64,000 bases of DNA, taken from the NCBI GenBank assembly GCA_902536655.1, contig CACAYF010000009.1:3122-67121 (forward strand), in the 5' to 3' direction. The position numbers were made by a program, and so were the translations under genes. Below the pieces are notes generated by a model that did no database searches, had not been told where the DNA came from, and saw nothing but the letters and a program-made list of their open reading frames with translations. The first letter of the stretch is position 1. Each line of letters starts with the position of its first letter. Of the stretch, positions 9,632 to 20,707 are shown piece by piece. The DNA comes from an uncultured Alphaproteobacteria bacterium (GTDB lineage Bacteria; Pseudomonadota; Alphaproteobacteria; Methylaequorales; Methylaequoraceae).

Positions 9632-9908
9632 TTGATTTGTCGATACAAATTTTAAAAATTTTTTTCATTACAGAATTGTCATAGTTGGCAGGTACTTTTT
9701 CCTTCTTTAAAATAATATCCAAGAGAAGATTATCTGGCAGATATAAAATTTCTTCAAGTTCTTTGAATTCTTGGTCATTTAATTTATATTTATACGTGTT
9801 GACGAATTTTTCAAATATAATATCTAATTCTTTAATTCCTCTATACTTAGCTCTATGTAGAATTTTTTTTTTAGAAGATGTATTCATAATAAAAACGTTT
9901 TGGAGCAT
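9624..9908 (-). CDS. sdhE: Succinate dehydrogenase flavinylation factor SdhE (Sdh5/DUF339 family)
   Basis: It carries ...LHRAKYRGIKELDIIFEKF...DQEFKELEEILYLPDNLLLDII..., the RGxxE/DxxL family core. It sits in the conserved alphaproteobacterial mfd-sdhE-recG arrangement. The true start may be the internal Met (MNTSS...). Confidence 0.7.
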   Translation of the reverse strand: MLQNVFIMNTSSKKKILHRAKYRGIKELDIIFEKFVNTYKYKLNDQEFKELEEILYLPDNLLLDIILKKEKVPANYDNSVMKKIFKICIDKSSA

Positions 9909-9913
9909 TTTAA

Positions 9914-11980
9914 ATGAACAATTTGAAAAATAAAAATATTTTTAATAATTTCGATTTTTTAAAAAGTAACTTAACAATAAAAAACATCATCAGCAATTTC
10001 GGAAAAAGAATTATTGATCTTTTTACTCATATGCCATTCAGTATTAATGAAAATATTTTAGTTGAAGAAATTAAACCAATTCATTTCGAAAAAATTATCT
10101 CATGTGACATGTTAATTATTAAATATGAAAAAAAGTACAGTAAAAACGCTCCAATTAAGATTCTGTGCGAAAATAAAAAAAAACAAATAATTGAACTACT
10201 TTTTTTTAATATGAATGAATTTCAAATCAAAAATTATATTAAACTTCAACAAATATACAGAATCTCAGGTAAATTAATATATGTAAAGAATAGGCTTCAA
10301 ATTATCCATCCAACAGGAGTTTTAAATGAAAAAGATTTTTTTTATTTTGATAAATTTGAACCACAATACGATTTATCAAGAAAAAAAATTAATAAAAAGA
10401 TTTTCAGAAAGTTTGTTAAAAAAAATTTAGATACATTTGAATCTTTTAATTTTCCTGAAGAATGGATTCTAAAAAAGTTTAGAAAAAAAAATTGGAACTC
10501 TTTTAAAGATTCTCTTTTGAACCTTCACAACCCCAGTGCTCTTTGTGAATTGAAATTACTTGAAAAAAATCGTCAAAGACTCGCATATGACGAGCTTCTT
10601 GCCAGTTATATAATTTTTTATGAACTTAAAAAACAAATTAATTTAAAAAATAATATTCCTCCAATTTTAAATTATGAATTGTCAAATAAAATTCAAAGAA
10701 AACTTTCCTTCAAACTTACAAAAGATCAATTAACAACCCTGCAGGACATAAAGTATGACTTATCATTAAAAAAACAAATGTATAGACTAATACAGGGTGA
10801 TGTTGGTTCTGGGAAGACAATAGTTGCACTTTTAATTGTTGCCGATGTGATTAAAAGCGGATTTCAAGTAGTCTTAATGGCTCCGACAGAAATATTAGCC
10901 AATCAGCATTTTGATTATTTCAATAAACTACTTTCTCCTTTAAATATTAAAACTGAAATACTTACTGGTAAAACCAAAAATAAAAAAGATATTTACGCTC
11001 GTTTAGCAAAGAAAAATATCGATATTTTAATAGGAACACATAGCGTTTACAATTCCTCTATTAAGTTCTATAAATTAGGTCTTATAGTCATAGATGAACA
11101 ACACAAGTTTGGTGTAAGACAAAGAATTAATCTTTTAGAAAAATCAGCTGGATGTCATACTTTAATAATGTCTGCAACACCAATTCCTAGAAGTCTCTCT
11201 TTTGTTATGTATGGTGAAATATCCATTTCGAATATTAAGTCTAAACCCCATGGAAGAAAAGACGTAATTACATCTTTAATAAAAAAAAATCAGATTGAAA
11301 CACTAATAGAGGGTATTGAAAGAAAACTTATTAAGAATGAACAAATATTTTGGATTTTACCCACAATAGGAACATTAGATTCTGAAGAGCAAACATTAAT
11401 CACAAGATATGAATATCTTAAGAAAAGATTTAAAAACAAAGTTGGTTTTATTCACGGTAAAGTGAATAAAGAAGACGCTGAGAAAGTAATGCAGGACTTT
11501 AAAAATCAAAAAATTATGATTCTTGTATCTACAACTGTTATTGAGGTTGGAATAAATATTCCTAATGCAACATTAATGATAATCGAAAATGTTGAAAGAT
11601 TTGGACTTGCACAAATTCATCAACTTAGGGGTAGAGTAACTAGAGGTAATCTTCAATCAAATTGCGTTTTAATTTATAATCAAAATTTATCAGAGTTATC
11701 AAAACAAAGACTTTTAATTCTGAAAAAAAACAGCGATGGTTTTGAAATCGCAGAAAAGGATCTTTATTTAAGAGGGGCTGGTGATTTTTTTGGGACAAAC
11801 CAAACTGGCCTGCCATCATGGAAGTTTTTTAGACCTCATGAAGATCACACTCTACTTAATTCTGTTAAAGAAAATTCAGAATATTTAATAAATAATTATA
11901 AAGAAAACATAGATAAAATTGAGTTCTTACAGAAAGTTTTTTATCAGGAAAAAAATTTTAAGAATTTTTATTCTGTTTAG
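9914..11980 (+). CDS. recG: ATP-dependent DNA helicase RecG
   Basis: 688 aa with GDVGSGKT, DEQHKFGV, SATPIPRS and QLRGRVTRG. It aligns along its length to the RecG wedge and helicase domains. Confidence 0.92.
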   Translation: MNNLKNKNIFNNFDFLKSNLTIKNIISNFGKRIIDLFTHMPFSINENILVEEIKPIHFEKIISCDMLIIKYEKKYSKNAPIKILCENKKKQIIELLFFNMNEFQIKNYIKLQQIYRISGKLIYVKNRLQIIHPTGVLNEKDFFYFDKFEPQYDLSRKKINKKIFRKFVKKNLDTFESFNFPEEWILKKFRKKNWNSFKDSLLNLHNPSALCELKLLEKNRQRLAYDELLASYIIFYELKKQINLKNNIPPILNYELSNKIQRKLSFKLTKDQLTTLQDIKYDLSLKKQMYRLIQGDVGSGKTIVALLIVADVIKSGFQVVLMAPTEILANQHFDYFNKLLSPLNIKTEILTGKTKNKKDIYARLAKKNIDILIGTHSVYNSSIKFYKLGLIVIDEQHKFGVRQRINLLEKSAGCHTLIMSATPIPRSLSFVMYGEISISNIKSKPHGRKDVITSLIKKNQIETLIEGIERKLIKNEQIFWILPTIGTLDSEEQTLITRYEYLKKRFKNKVGFIHGKVNKEDAEKVMQDFKNQKIMILVSTTVIEVGINIPNATLMIIENVERFGLAQIHQLRGRVTRGNLQSNCVLIYNQNLSELSKQRLLILKKNSDGFEIAEKDLYLRGAGDFFGTNQTGLPSWKFFRPHEDHTLLNSVKENSEYLINNYKENIDKIEFLQKVFYQEKNFKNFYSV

Positions 11981-12581
11981 ATTCTAATTTGATTATGCCT
12001 GCTGATACTATTGTTTTGATTGCATCATCGACACTTACGTTTAATTTTTTTAATTCAGTATTAGGAACCATTAAAAGGAAACCAGATGTTGGATTAGGAG
12101 TTGTTGGGATAAAAACATTGGTGAGCTTTTTTTTTAATTTTGTTTTAATCTCACCTTCCACTTCGCCCGTTGTAAAACCTATTACCCATACTCCTTTTCT
12201 TGGATATTCAACTAGAACTGCCTCTCTAAAAGCATCTGAGTTTGTTTTGAGTATTGTTTCCAATATTTGTTTAATTGTTTTATAAAAAACTTTTATTAAC
12301 GGAATTCTTTGTATTATTAAATCAGTTTTTTTAAGGAGCCACGAACCAAAAAAATTTGCTGTTAGAGAACCAATTACAACCATGAATAAAATTAGTACTA
12401 TGAGACCTAATCCTGGGACATCTCTTGGTAAATAAAAATTAGGATTTAAGTAGTAGGGTATGACTGGGGTGATAAGTCTATCAAATAAGTTTACAAGTGA
12501 GATTACAATCCAAAAGGTAATAACTACAGGTGCTGTTACTAGTATACCAGTAAAAAAGTAATTTTTTATTCTAGCCCACAT
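11958..12581 (-). CDS. DUF502 family membrane protein
   Basis: It carries the conserved ...IPTTPNPTSGFLLMVP... DUF502 core and two N-terminal TM segments. I moved the start to the Met of MWARIKNYFF (ATG at 12579-12581), because the longer listed ORF (to 12659) runs through the tRNA-Lys gene. Confidence 0.7.
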   Translation of the reverse strand: MWARIKNYFFTGILVTAPVVITFWIVISLVNLFDRLITPVIPYYLNPNFYLPRDVPGLGLIVLILFMVVIGSLTANFFGSWLLKKTDLIIQRIPLIKVFYKTIKQILETILKTNSDAFREAVLVEYPRKGVWVIGFTTGEVEGEIKTKLKKKLTNVFIPTTPNPTSGFLLMVPNTELKKLNVSVDDAIKTIVSAGIIKLESKQNKNS

Positions 12582-12598
12582 TCTGCACCCATGATTTA

Positions 12599-12674
12599 TG
12601 GTACGCCCGATGAGGCTCGAACTCATGACAACTCCCTTAAAAGGGGAGTGCTCTACCAACTGAGCTACGGGCGC
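12599..12674 (-). tRNA. tRNA-Lys (anticodon UUU), CCA encoded
   Basis: I folded it by hand. The acceptor is GCGCCCG/CGGGCGT (G1·U72), the D arm is GCTC-AGTTGGTA-GAGC, the anticodon arm is CTCCC-CTTTTAA-GGGAG, the T arm is ATGAG-TTCGAGC-CTCAT, and the discriminator is A followed by CCA. 76 nt. Confidence 0.9.
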
Positions 12675-12727
12675 ATTGTTAGTTAGGATATAGTAAAATT
12701 ATATGATTTTCACAACAAAAATTTATT

Positions 12728-13255
12728 TTATTTTAATCTTATTGTAATTATCTTGGTTGGATTTCTTAAAACTTGTCCATTTTGTCCTTTTCCCTCTGGG
12801 ATTCTATCAATTAAGTTCATTCCTTCAGTAACTTTACCCCAGACTGTGTATTTGCCGTCCAAAAATGGATGACTGTCATAACAAATAAAAAATTGACTGT
12901 CAGCTGAATCTGGATCATTTGCTCTTGCCATTGATACAATTCCTCTTTCATGTTTAATATCATTAAATTCAGCTTTTATGTTTTTACCGCTGCCGCCAGT
13001 TCCATCGCCTTTTGGATCCCCACCTTGAGCCATAAAACCTGTTATAACTCTATGAAAAGTCAAACCATCGTAAAAACCATTTTCCGATAGCTCTATAATC
13101 CTTTTAACTGTATTGGGAGCTTTTTCTGGGAAAGTTTTAATCTTTACTATCCCCTTCTCTAAAACCATGTGGAGTACTGGACTCTCTGTTGCCATAGAAT
13201 TAGTAAAAATAAAAAAAATGCAAGTTTGTATAAAATATCTTAAAAATTTAAACAT
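12728..13255 (-). CDS. Cyclophilin-type peptidyl-prolyl isomerase with an N-terminal signal peptide (periplasmic)
   Basis: It carries FHRVITGFMAQGGDP...GTGGSG...FFICY..., the cyclophilin signature. The N-terminus is hydrophobic. Confidence 0.9.
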   Translation of the reverse strand: MFKFLRYFIQTCIFFIFTNSMATESPVLHMVLEKGIVKIKTFPEKAPNTVKRIIELSENGFYDGLTFHRVITGFMAQGGDPKGDGTGGSGKNIKAEFNDIKHERGIVSMARANDPDSADSQFFICYDSHPFLDGKYTVWGKVTEGMNLIDRIPEGKGQNGQVLRNPTKIITIRLK

Positions 13256-13761
13256 TATTTTTCCTTTCTTTTTATTTCAAACATTTTGAGAACGTTCTCT
13301 GGAACGAAATTCTTAATCTCACCGTCATAAAATGCAATTTCTTTCACAAACCTTGCGGAAGTTAATTGAAGGTTTTCAGATGCCATCAAAAAAATAGTTT
13401 CTATTTCAGGGCCTAACTTAGAGTTCATACCTGCCATCTGGAACTCATATTCAAAATCTGCCACTGCTCTTAAACCTCTGATTATGACTTTTGCTTTACA
13501 TTTTTTAGCATGCTCTACCAACAAATTATCGAAACCTACAACATCTACATTACAAGTTTTAGTATCAATACCTTTTAACGATTCTTTAATCATATTTATT
13601 CTCTCTTCCAAGTTAAAAAAAGGGTTTTTATGCTTATTTTCAGCTACACCTATAATCAAATTATTAACTATATGAGATGCTCGGTGAATGATATCAAGGT
13701 GTCCAAAAGTTACAGGATCAAACGTTCCAGGATAAATTCCCGTGATTAGATTGTCAGTCAT
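13255..13761 (-). CDS. coaD: Phosphopantetheine adenylyltransferase
   Basis: [18 protein letters not shown] matches the nucleotidyltransferase T/HxGH motif, and the 168-aa length fits. Confidence 0.9.
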   Translation of the reverse strand: MTDNLITGIYPGTFDPVTFGHLDIIHRASHIVNNLIIGVAENKHKNPFFNLEERINMIKESLKGIDTKTCNVDVVGFDNLLVEHAKKCKAKVIIRGLRAVADFEYEFQMAGMNSKLGPEIETIFLMASENLQLTSARFVKEIAFYDGEIKNFVPENVLKMFEIKRKEK

Positions 13762-16390
13762 TTTCCTCTAATTTAGCAACTGAAACAACTTTTTCTTCAT
13801 CGGATACATTAAAAAGTGTTACACCCTGAGTTTGTCTTCCTCCAATTCTAACGTCATTTACAGGACATCTAATTAATTTTCCTTTGTCAGTAACGAGCAC
13901 AAGCTGATCACTGTTATTAATTGGGAAAGATGCGACTACTTGACTTCCATTTCTGTCGCTAAGCTGCATATTAGCAATACCAAGCCCACCTCTTTTTGTT
14001 TTTCTATATTCAAATGCAGAACTTCTTTTACCGAAACCTTTATCTGTAACACTTAGGATGAATTCCTCGTTTTCTTTCAAACTTTCAAACTTTGCATTTT
14101 CTAAATTTTTATTTTCTATCTTCTCATTTTTTCTCATTAAAGCACTTATTCTTAAATATTCGTCTCTTTCCGTGACATCAAAATCAATACCATTAAGAAT
14201 TGCTAAAGAAATAACTGTATCACCTTTTGAAAGTTTTATACCTCGAACACCAATTGATGATCTGCCAGAGAAAATCCTTAGATCCCTGCATGAAAATCGA
14301 ATACATTTTCCTAATTTAGTTGATAAAAAGATATTTGAATCTTCTGAGCACGTTAATACATTTACTAACTTATCGTTTTCATTTAGTTTCATAGCAATTT
14401 TTCCATTTGAATTGATATTGTGAAAATCAGTAAGTTTATTTCTCCTAATGTTTCCTGAAGAAGTAGCAAAAATTATATTATTTTCCGAAACATCATATGG
14501 CATTATTGCTGTTATTTTTTCTCCACTCCTTAAAGGGAGTAAATTTACCAAAGCTTTTCCTTTGGAAGTCGGGCTTCCAATCGGTAATTTGTATGTTTTT
14601 AGTTTATACACAATTCCTCTTGATGAAAAAAATAGTAGTGGAGCAAGGGTATTTACTGCAAAAACCTCGCTGACAAAGTCTTCTTGTTTTGTTGTCATTC
14701 CAGCTCTGCCTTTTCCACCTCGCTTTTGTGCTCTGTAAGAATTTAGTGGAACCCTTTTTATATATCCAGTATGCGTCAAGGTTACCACAACGTCCTCTGA
14801 CTTAATAAGTGATTCGTCATCAATTATTTCTTCATTCTCTGATATCTCAGTTTGTCGTAAAGATCCTATTTTTTCTTTTATTTGATGTAACTCTTCAATG
14901 ATTACTTCGTTAAGTTTATCTTTCGAAGATAAAATTTTTAAAAAATTATTTATTAAATTTACACATTCCTTCAAATCGTTAATTAATTTTGACCTCTCCA
15001 ACCCTGTCAGTCTGCTCAACTTAATCTCTAAAATTGCTTTGGCTTGGGTATCAGTGATCTTAAAATTACCAGTTTTAATCAAACTTTCATCATCTGATTT
15101 AATAAAATCTTTTATAAAATTGTCAGATGGGATTTTCCAACTTTGAGAAGTCAATTTGTTTTTTGCATCACTTGAGTCTTTTGAAGATTTAATAAGTTCA
15201 ATTATTAGGTCAATATTTTCAAGAGCTACAGAAAGTCCTAAAAGGATGTGGGCCTTTTCTCTTGTTTTTTTTAGATGATATTTGGTTCTTTTATAAACAA
15301 CATCTTTTCTAAAATTTGTGAAAAGTTCTAAATATCTTCTTAAATTTAATAATTCTGGAACCCCATTGTTTAATGCCAACATATTTATTCCAAATGAAGT
15401 CTGTAATGACGTAAATTTGTATAATTGGTTCATCACTACATCAGCTTGAACATCTCTTTTTAAATCAATTACAACTCTTACCCCTTCTCTATTGGATTCA
15501 TCTCTCAGTTCTGAAATTCCATCTATAATCTTTTCTTTTGCTACTTTTGCAATGTTTTCAATTAATTGAGACTTCTTTATTGAATAAGGAATCTCTGAAA
15601 TAATTATAGATTCTCTCCCTTTTTTTGAATTTTCTACAGATGTTTTAGCTCTTATTATTATTGAACCTTTACCTTTTGAGTAAGCATCTTTAATACCAGT
15701 TTTCCCAACAATTATTCCTCCAGTTGGAAAATCTGGTCCTTTCACCAAGTTAAGTAAATCGTCATCTGACACGTTAGGTTCTAAAATAATTTTACAACAA
15801 GCATCAATAATTTCATTTGGACAATGTGGAGGAATTTTAGTTGCCATACCAACAGCAATTCCCTCTGAACCATTTATTAATAAGTTTGGAAACTCAGCAG
15901 GGAGTAGTTCTGGTTCAAAAGCTGTTCCATCATAATTTTCTTTAAAATTAACCGTCTCGTTGTCGATGTCATTCACAAGAAATGATGCTATTGGAGATAG
16001 TTTAGCTTCTGTATATCTCATAGCAGCTGCTGAATCGCCATCCATTGAACCAAAGTTTCCTTGACCATCAATTAGCGGAACCCTCATACTGAAATCCTGA
16101 GCTAATCGAACCATTGCATCATATATAGCAGAATCACCATGAGGATGGTATTTACCCATTACATCACCAACAATTCTTGCAGATTTCCTGGAGGGTTTAC
16201 CTGCAGTATACCCAGCTTCATTCATTGCATAAATAATTCTTCTGTGAACCGGTTTTAATCCATCGCATACATCTGGCAAAGCTCGAGAAACAATGACACT
16301 CATTGCATAGTCTAAGAAAGAGTTTTCCATTTCTCTTTCTATAAAAATACTTCCGTTTTCTATATTTTCTGGCTTACTGTCGTCAATCAT
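13754..16390 (-). CDS. gyrA: DNA gyrase subunit A
   Basis: 878 aa with [28 protein letters not shown], the active-site Tyr region, and C-terminal beta-pinwheel repeats. Confidence 0.95.
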   Translation of the reverse strand: MIDDSKPENIENGSIFIEREMENSFLDYAMSVIVSRALPDVCDGLKPVHRRIIYAMNEAGYTAGKPSRKSARIVGDVMGKYHPHGDSAIYDAMVRLAQDFSMRVPLIDGQGNFGSMDGDSAAAMRYTEAKLSPIASFLVNDIDNETVNFKENYDGTAFEPELLPAEFPNLLINGSEGIAVGMATKIPPHCPNEIIDACCKIILEPNVSDDDLLNLVKGPDFPTGGIIVGKTGIKDAYSKGKGSIIIRAKTSVENSKKGRESIIISEIPYSIKKSQLIENIAKVAKEKIIDGISELRDESNREGVRVVIDLKRDVQADVVMNQLYKFTSLQTSFGINMLALNNGVPELLNLRRYLELFTNFRKDVVYKRTKYHLKKTREKAHILLGLSVALENIDLIIELIKSSKDSSDAKNKLTSQSWKIPSDNFIKDFIKSDDESLIKTGNFKITDTQAKAILEIKLSRLTGLERSKLINDLKECVNLINNFLKILSSKDKLNEVIIEELHQIKEKIGSLRQTEISENEEIIDDESLIKSEDVVVTLTHTGYIKRVPLNSYRAQKRGGKGRAGMTTKQEDFVSEVFAVNTLAPLLFFSSRGIVYKLKTYKLPIGSPTSKGKALVNLLPLRSGEKITAIMPYDVSENNIIFATSSGNIRRNKLTDFHNINSNGKIAMKLNENDKLVNVLTCSEDSNIFLSTKLGKCIRFSCRDLRIFSGRSSIGVRGIKLSKGDTVISLAILNGIDFDVTERDEYLRISALMRKNEKIENKNLENAKFESLKENEEFILSVTDKGFGKRSSAFEYRKTKRGGLGIANMQLSDRNGSQVVASFPINNSDQLVLVTDKGKLIRCPVNDVRIGGRQTQGVTLFNVSDEEKVVSVAKLEEND

Positions 16391-16402
16391 AAATTTTTTG
16401 TT

Positions 16403-16864
16403 TTAAAAAGGTACTTCATCCTCAATATCAAAATCTTGTGGAGATTCATTTAATTTTTTTTCAACAGAAGAGTTTTCAATGTTAGGAGAGTTCAATTTTT
16501 GAAAATCGTCGGATTTATTATCTAGCATTGTCAACTGACAATTATAACCTTGAAGTATTATTTCAGTTGTTGTCTTCTCAATTCCGGCTTGGTCATTAAA
16601 TTTTCTGGATCTAATTTGACCTTCTAAGTATACTAAAGAACCCTTTTTAAGAAACTTTTCGACAATCTCAGATAGTCCAGGTGAAAAAATCACAATCTTG
16701 TGCCAATCGGTTTTCTCTTTTTTTTCGTTTGTTGTCTTGTCTTTCCATGATTCACTTGTGGCGATCGAAAACCTTGCTATCTTTGTTCCATCCTGAGATA
16801 CTCTGATTTCAGGATCTCCTCCTAATCTTCCTAGTAATATAACTTTATTAACTGATCCGGCCAT
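16403..16864 (-). CDS. ssb: Single-stranded DNA-binding protein
   Basis: It has an N-terminal OB fold (VNKVILLGRLGGDPE...), a disordered tail and an acidic C-terminus DIEDEVPF. It lies divergent from uvrA, as in many bacteria. Confidence 0.9.
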   Translation of the reverse strand: MAGSVNKVILLGRLGGDPEIRVSQDGTKIARFSIATSESWKDKTTNEKKEKTDWHKIVIFSPGLSEIVEKFLKKGSLVYLEGQIRSRKFNDQAGIEKTTTEIILQGYNCQLTMLDNKSDDFQKLNSPNIENSSVEKKLNESPQDFDIEDEVPF

Positions 16865-16938
16865 TGTTATAATAAAAAAAATTATAATATCATAATTACT
16901 TTAAATAAAATATAAATCTTTTAAAAGTTTTTAAGAAA

Positions 16939-19764
16939 ATGAAATCAAAGCACACTCAAAACTTTATTAAAATAGTCGGAGCCAGACAACACAATCTTAG
17001 AAACATAAATGTAAATATTCCCAAAAATAAGTTTGTTGTTATAAGTGGTCTTTCGGGTTCAGGAAAATCTTCGTTGGCATTTGATACGATCTACGCAGAA
17101 GGTCAAAGGCGTTATGTTGAGAGTTTATCATCTTACGCAAGACAATTTTTAAATATGATGGAGAAACCTGATGTTGATTCAATAGAAGGGTTATCTCCAT
17201 CAATATCAATTGACCAAAAAACAACATCGAGAAACCCTAGATCAACAGTTGGTACCGTTACGGAAATATATGATTATTTTAGAGTTTTATTTGCAAGAAT
17301 TGGAACTCCATACTCTCCTGAAACTGGAAAAGAGATTAAATCAATGAGTGTTCAAGAAATAGTAGATGAATTTTATAAATTCGAAAAAAAAAAAAGATTT
17401 TATTTAATTTCACCAGTTGTAAATAACAGAAAAGGAGAGTTTAAAAAAGAGATAAGTGAATTAATTAAAAAAGGATTTATGAGGTTTAGGATTGACGGAG
17501 AAGTTTGTGAATCCTCAAACCTTCCTCAACTCGATAAAAAGAGGAATCATTCGATTGATGTCATAGTTGATAGAATAGAAGTTGACAAAAAATATGAAAC
17601 TAGAATAGCACAATCAATTGAAGCTACGATAAATTTATCTGATGGAGTTATTTATTTTTATGATGTAGAGAAGAAAAAAAATTATATTTTTTCGTCAAAA
17701 TTTGCATGCCCAATTACAGGTTTCACGATTGAAGAGATAGAACCAAGACTTTTTTCTTTTAATAGTCCAAATGGCGCTTGTAAGTCCTGTGATGGTCTTG
17801 GTTACAAGGAAAAATTTAACCCTGAGCTCATTATCGGAGACTCATCATTATCTCTAAGTGAAGGTGTAATTCTTCCATGGAATAAAAATAATCAATTTTA
17901 TCAAGAATTGACAAAAGAAGTTGCAAAGCATTGTTCGATAAACCCGAATCAAAAATGGGAAAAGCTCTCTGAAGAGAAGAAAAAAAAAGTAATTTTTGGC
18001 GACAATAAAATGATTAATATTTTTAACAATTATACTGGTTGGAGTTATAGCAGAGAATTCGATGGAGTAGTTGGATTTTTAGAAAATAAGTTGAAAAGGT
18101 CAGATATGTGGCAAAGGGAAGAACTTAATAAATATCTTAGCAAATTCTGTTGTGAAGTATGCGGTGGAACAAGATTAAAGAGAGAAGCGCTAGCAGTTAA
18201 AATAAATAACAAAAATATAAGTGAAATCACAAATTTATCAATCGAAAAGCTTTTACAATGGTTTATCGATTTAGAAAAATCCTTGTCTGATTATAAAAAA
18301 AAAATTTCAGACAAAATTATCAAAGAAATAATTGACAGATTATCCTTTCTTAATAACGTTGGTTTAGGTTATCTTCAGCTGTCAAGAAGTTCTAACACAT
18401 TATCAGGTGGCGAAAGTCAGAGGATTAGATTAGCTTCACAAATTGGATCAGGGTTAACAGGTGTTCTATATGTATTGGACGAACCTTCAATTGGTCTTCA
18501 CCAAAGAGATAATAAAAAACTTATTAACACATTAAAAAGTCTTCGAGATCTTGGAAATTCACTAATTGTTGTTGAACACGATGAAGAGACTATTCTTGAA
18601 AGTGATTATGTTATTGATGTAGGAGTTGGGGCTGGAGTAAATGGTGGAAATATAATAGCTGAAGGTAAACCTATCGAAATAATTAAAAATAGTAAAAGTC
18701 TAACAGGAGCATACTTATCAAAAAAATTAATGATTCCAATTAATAAAAATAAAAAGTCAAGCGGTGGTAAATATATTGAAATAAATGGTGCTAATGGAAA
18801 CAACCTTAAAAATATAAATGTTAGGTTTCCTCTTAAAAAGTTTATCAGTATAACTGGAGTATCAGGTGGAGGAAAATCAACATTGATTATAGAAACTCTT
18901 TTTAAGTCTTTGTCAAAAAAAATCAATAACTCAAGTGAACAACCCCTCAATCATAAAGAAATTAAAGGACATGAAAATCTTGATAAAATAATTCAAATAG
19001 ATCAAAGTCCAATTGGAAGAACACCAAGATCCAACCCTGCAACATATACCGCATGCTTTAATTTTATAAGAGAATGGTATTCAAATCTTCCAGAGTCAAG
19101 AGCAAGAGGATATAAACCTGGTAGATTTTCTTTTAATGTTAAAGGAGGTAGATGTGAGAATTGCCAAGGAGACGGAATGTTAAGGATAGAAATGCATTTT
19201 CTTGCAGATGTCTTTGTTACCTGTGATCTTTGCAAAGGAAGAAGATTTAATAGAGAAACGCTAGAAGTGAAATTTAAAAATAAAAATATATCCGATGTAT
19301 TAAATATGACCGTAGAGGAAGGATTAGAGTTTTTTAAAGCTATTCCCTCAATTTCTAAAAAACTCGAAACACTAAAAAAAGTTGGTTTGGAGTATATAAA
19401 AATAGGACAATCCGCCACAACGTTATCTGGAGGAGAAGCCCAAAGAATAAAATTAGCAAAAGAACTTTCAAAAAGATCAACTGGCAAAACAATGTATATT
19501 CTTGATGAACCTACAACTGGTTTGCATACACACGATGTAAGAAAACTACTGGAAATTCTTCATAAATTTGTTGATGAGGGAAATACTGTACTTGTAATAG
19601 AACATAATTTAGACGTGATTAAAACGTCAGATTGGATTATCGACCTTGGCCCTGAAGGTGGTGATAAGGGGGGTCATGTCTTATTTGAAGGAACTGTTGA
19701 AAATTTATTATCAAAAAATGACAATGACACGGCTAAATGTCTTAATGAATTCTTAAACAAATAA
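16939..19764 (+). CDS. uvrA: Excinuclease ABC subunit A
   Basis: 941 aa with two ABC modules ([12 protein letters not shown]... and [10 protein letters not shown]...), two LSGGE signatures and Zn-finger Cys clusters. Confidence 0.95.
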   Translation: MKSKHTQNFIKIVGARQHNLRNINVNIPKNKFVVISGLSGSGKSSLAFDTIYAEGQRRYVESLSSYARQFLNMMEKPDVDSIEGLSPSISIDQKTTSRNPRSTVGTVTEIYDYFRVLFARIGTPYSPETGKEIKSMSVQEIVDEFYKFEKKKRFYLISPVVNNRKGEFKKEISELIKKGFMRFRIDGEVCESSNLPQLDKKRNHSIDVIVDRIEVDKKYETRIAQSIEATINLSDGVIYFYDVEKKKNYIFSSKFACPITGFTIEEIEPRLFSFNSPNGACKSCDGLGYKEKFNPELIIGDSSLSLSEGVILPWNKNNQFYQELTKEVAKHCSINPNQKWEKLSEEKKKKVIFGDNKMINIFNNYTGWSYSREFDGVVGFLENKLKRSDMWQREELNKYLSKFCCEVCGGTRLKREALAVKINNKNISEITNLSIEKLLQWFIDLEKSLSDYKKKISDKIIKEIIDRLSFLNNVGLGYLQLSRSSNTLSGGESQRIRLASQIGSGLTGVLYVLDEPSIGLHQRDNKKLINTLKSLRDLGNSLIVVEHDEETILESDYVIDVGVGAGVNGGNIIAEGKPIEIIKNSKSLTGAYLSKKLMIPINKNKKSSGGKYIEINGANGNNLKNINVRFPLKKFISITGVSGGGKSTLIIETLFKSLSKKINNSSEQPLNHKEIKGHENLDKIIQIDQSPIGRTPRSNPATYTACFNFIREWYSNLPESRARGYKPGRFSFNVKGGRCENCQGDGMLRIEMHFLADVFVTCDLCKGRRFNRETLEVKFKNKNISDVLNMTVEEGLEFFKAIPSISKKLETLKKVGLEYIKIGQSATTLSGGEAQRIKLAKELSKRSTGKTMYILDEPTTGLHTHDVRKLLEILHKFVDEGNTVLVIEHNLDVIKTSDWIIDLGPEGGDKGGHVLFEGTVENLLSKNDNDTAKCLNEFLNK

Positions 19765-20022
19765 TTATTTTCCTAATCTTTTTCTAGCCGATTTAATTAT
19801 AGGGTGATCTTCTGCTGTTTCTATTGCACTCTTATGTTCAAAATTATCATTCTTTGCTTTACTTTGAATTTGGGAATTAAAAATTCTTTTGAATAAAGAA
19901 CTTAGTAAAATAAATAAAAAACTTATAAGAATATAAGCAAATATTTGATGGTAATTAATTGCTAGGAACAAAAGACAATTTATCAATAAAATGCAAACTA
20001 TATTATAAATGATATATTTCAT
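19765..20022 (-). CDS. Small two-TM membrane protein with a basic C-terminus
   Basis: 85 aa. It has two hydrophobic helices and then ...HPIIKSARKRLGK. It overlaps the upstream 201-aa gene by 4 bp (ATGA). Confidence 0.35.
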   Translation of the reverse strand: MKYIIYNIVCILLINCLLFLAINYHQIFAYILISFLFILLSSLFKRIFNSQIQSKAKNDNFEHKSAIETAEDHPIIKSARKRLGK

Positions 20023-20624
20023 TTTTTTATTATTAATCTAACTAAAACTTTGTATAAATAAAAAATTTTAGAAATTTTATAATTTTTATTTTTTATAAAT
20101 ATTTCCAAAAAAATAGTTTCAAAAATATCTACTAAGTTATCTTCAAACATTTTATTGCTTTCAAAGATTTCCTCTGATTTTAACTTTTTTAAATAAATTA
20201 AAAAATTAATTTGGAAATAAACATTTGTTTTAAAATTATTATTACTTTCTGATGTAAGTAAATTATTAAACTGATCGTTGAATTTTTGAAATGCTCGTAA
20301 AAACATTTTTGATTCGGATATGTTTGGTATTTGACTAAATGAATCAATTAAATTAAGGATTCTTTTTTTTAGTCTTCTTTCAGAAAAAACTTTGAATTGG
20401 CTTGATATTTCATTCGAATAATCATTTTCATTTATGCAATCATAAATCCATTTTTGTTTAATGTAAGAAGTTGGAATATCTTCTTTAAATTCAAAATTTT
20501 CAAAAAGATATTTTTCTAGATTAAATAAAGCATTGACAACAGCATTTTTCCTAAAATAAATCTGTTTTTGAAGATATCTTGTATAGAAAAAATCTTTTTT
20601 CTTTTTGTTCATTTCAGATTGCAC
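20019..20624 (-). CDS. Hypothetical protein
   Basis: 201-aa ORF with no recognisable motif. It is basic and Phe/Asn/Lys-rich, and is translationally coupled to the downstream small membrane protein. Confidence 0.4.
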   Translation of the reverse strand: MQSEMNKKKKDFFYTRYLQKQIYFRKNAVVNALFNLEKYLFENFEFKEDIPTSYIKQKWIYDCINENDYSNEISSQFKVFSERRLKKRILNLIDSFSQIPNISESKMFLRAFQKFNDQFNNLLTSESNNNFKTNVYFQINFLIYLKKLKSEEIFESNKMFEDNLVDIFETIFLEIFIKNKNYKISKIFYLYKVLVRLIIKK

Positions 20625-20707
20625 TTTTTAAAAAAAAAATAATATATTATATCTATTATAGTTAAATAATATTAATTTGGATAAACTAAACATATTAAGG
20701 ACCAAAA

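Noticed and set aside
16865-16938. I looked for an alphaproteobacterial SOS box (GTTC-N7-GTTC / GAAC-N7-GTTC) in the divergent ssb-uvrA promoter region
   Set aside because: No such motif is visible in the 74-bp spacer. I cannot claim LexA regulation from the sequence.
17390-17400. Long A/T homopolymers inside coding regions (e.g. A11 in uvrA, A10-A14 elsewhere) as possible frameshift sites
   Set aside because: Flanking reading frames remain intact and encode plausible Lys/Phe runs, consistent with AT-rich codon bias. Only the tracts in the 4382-4748 small-ORF region and at 54458-54466 are flagged as worth checking.
18045-19487. Minus-strand ORFs inside uvrA, and similar embedded ORFs inside gyrA, secD, ilvD, valS, tkt, mfd and the MMPL gene
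   Set aside because: They are shadow ORFs opposite strongly supported housekeeping genes. The AT-rich sequence has few stop codons in some antisense frames.
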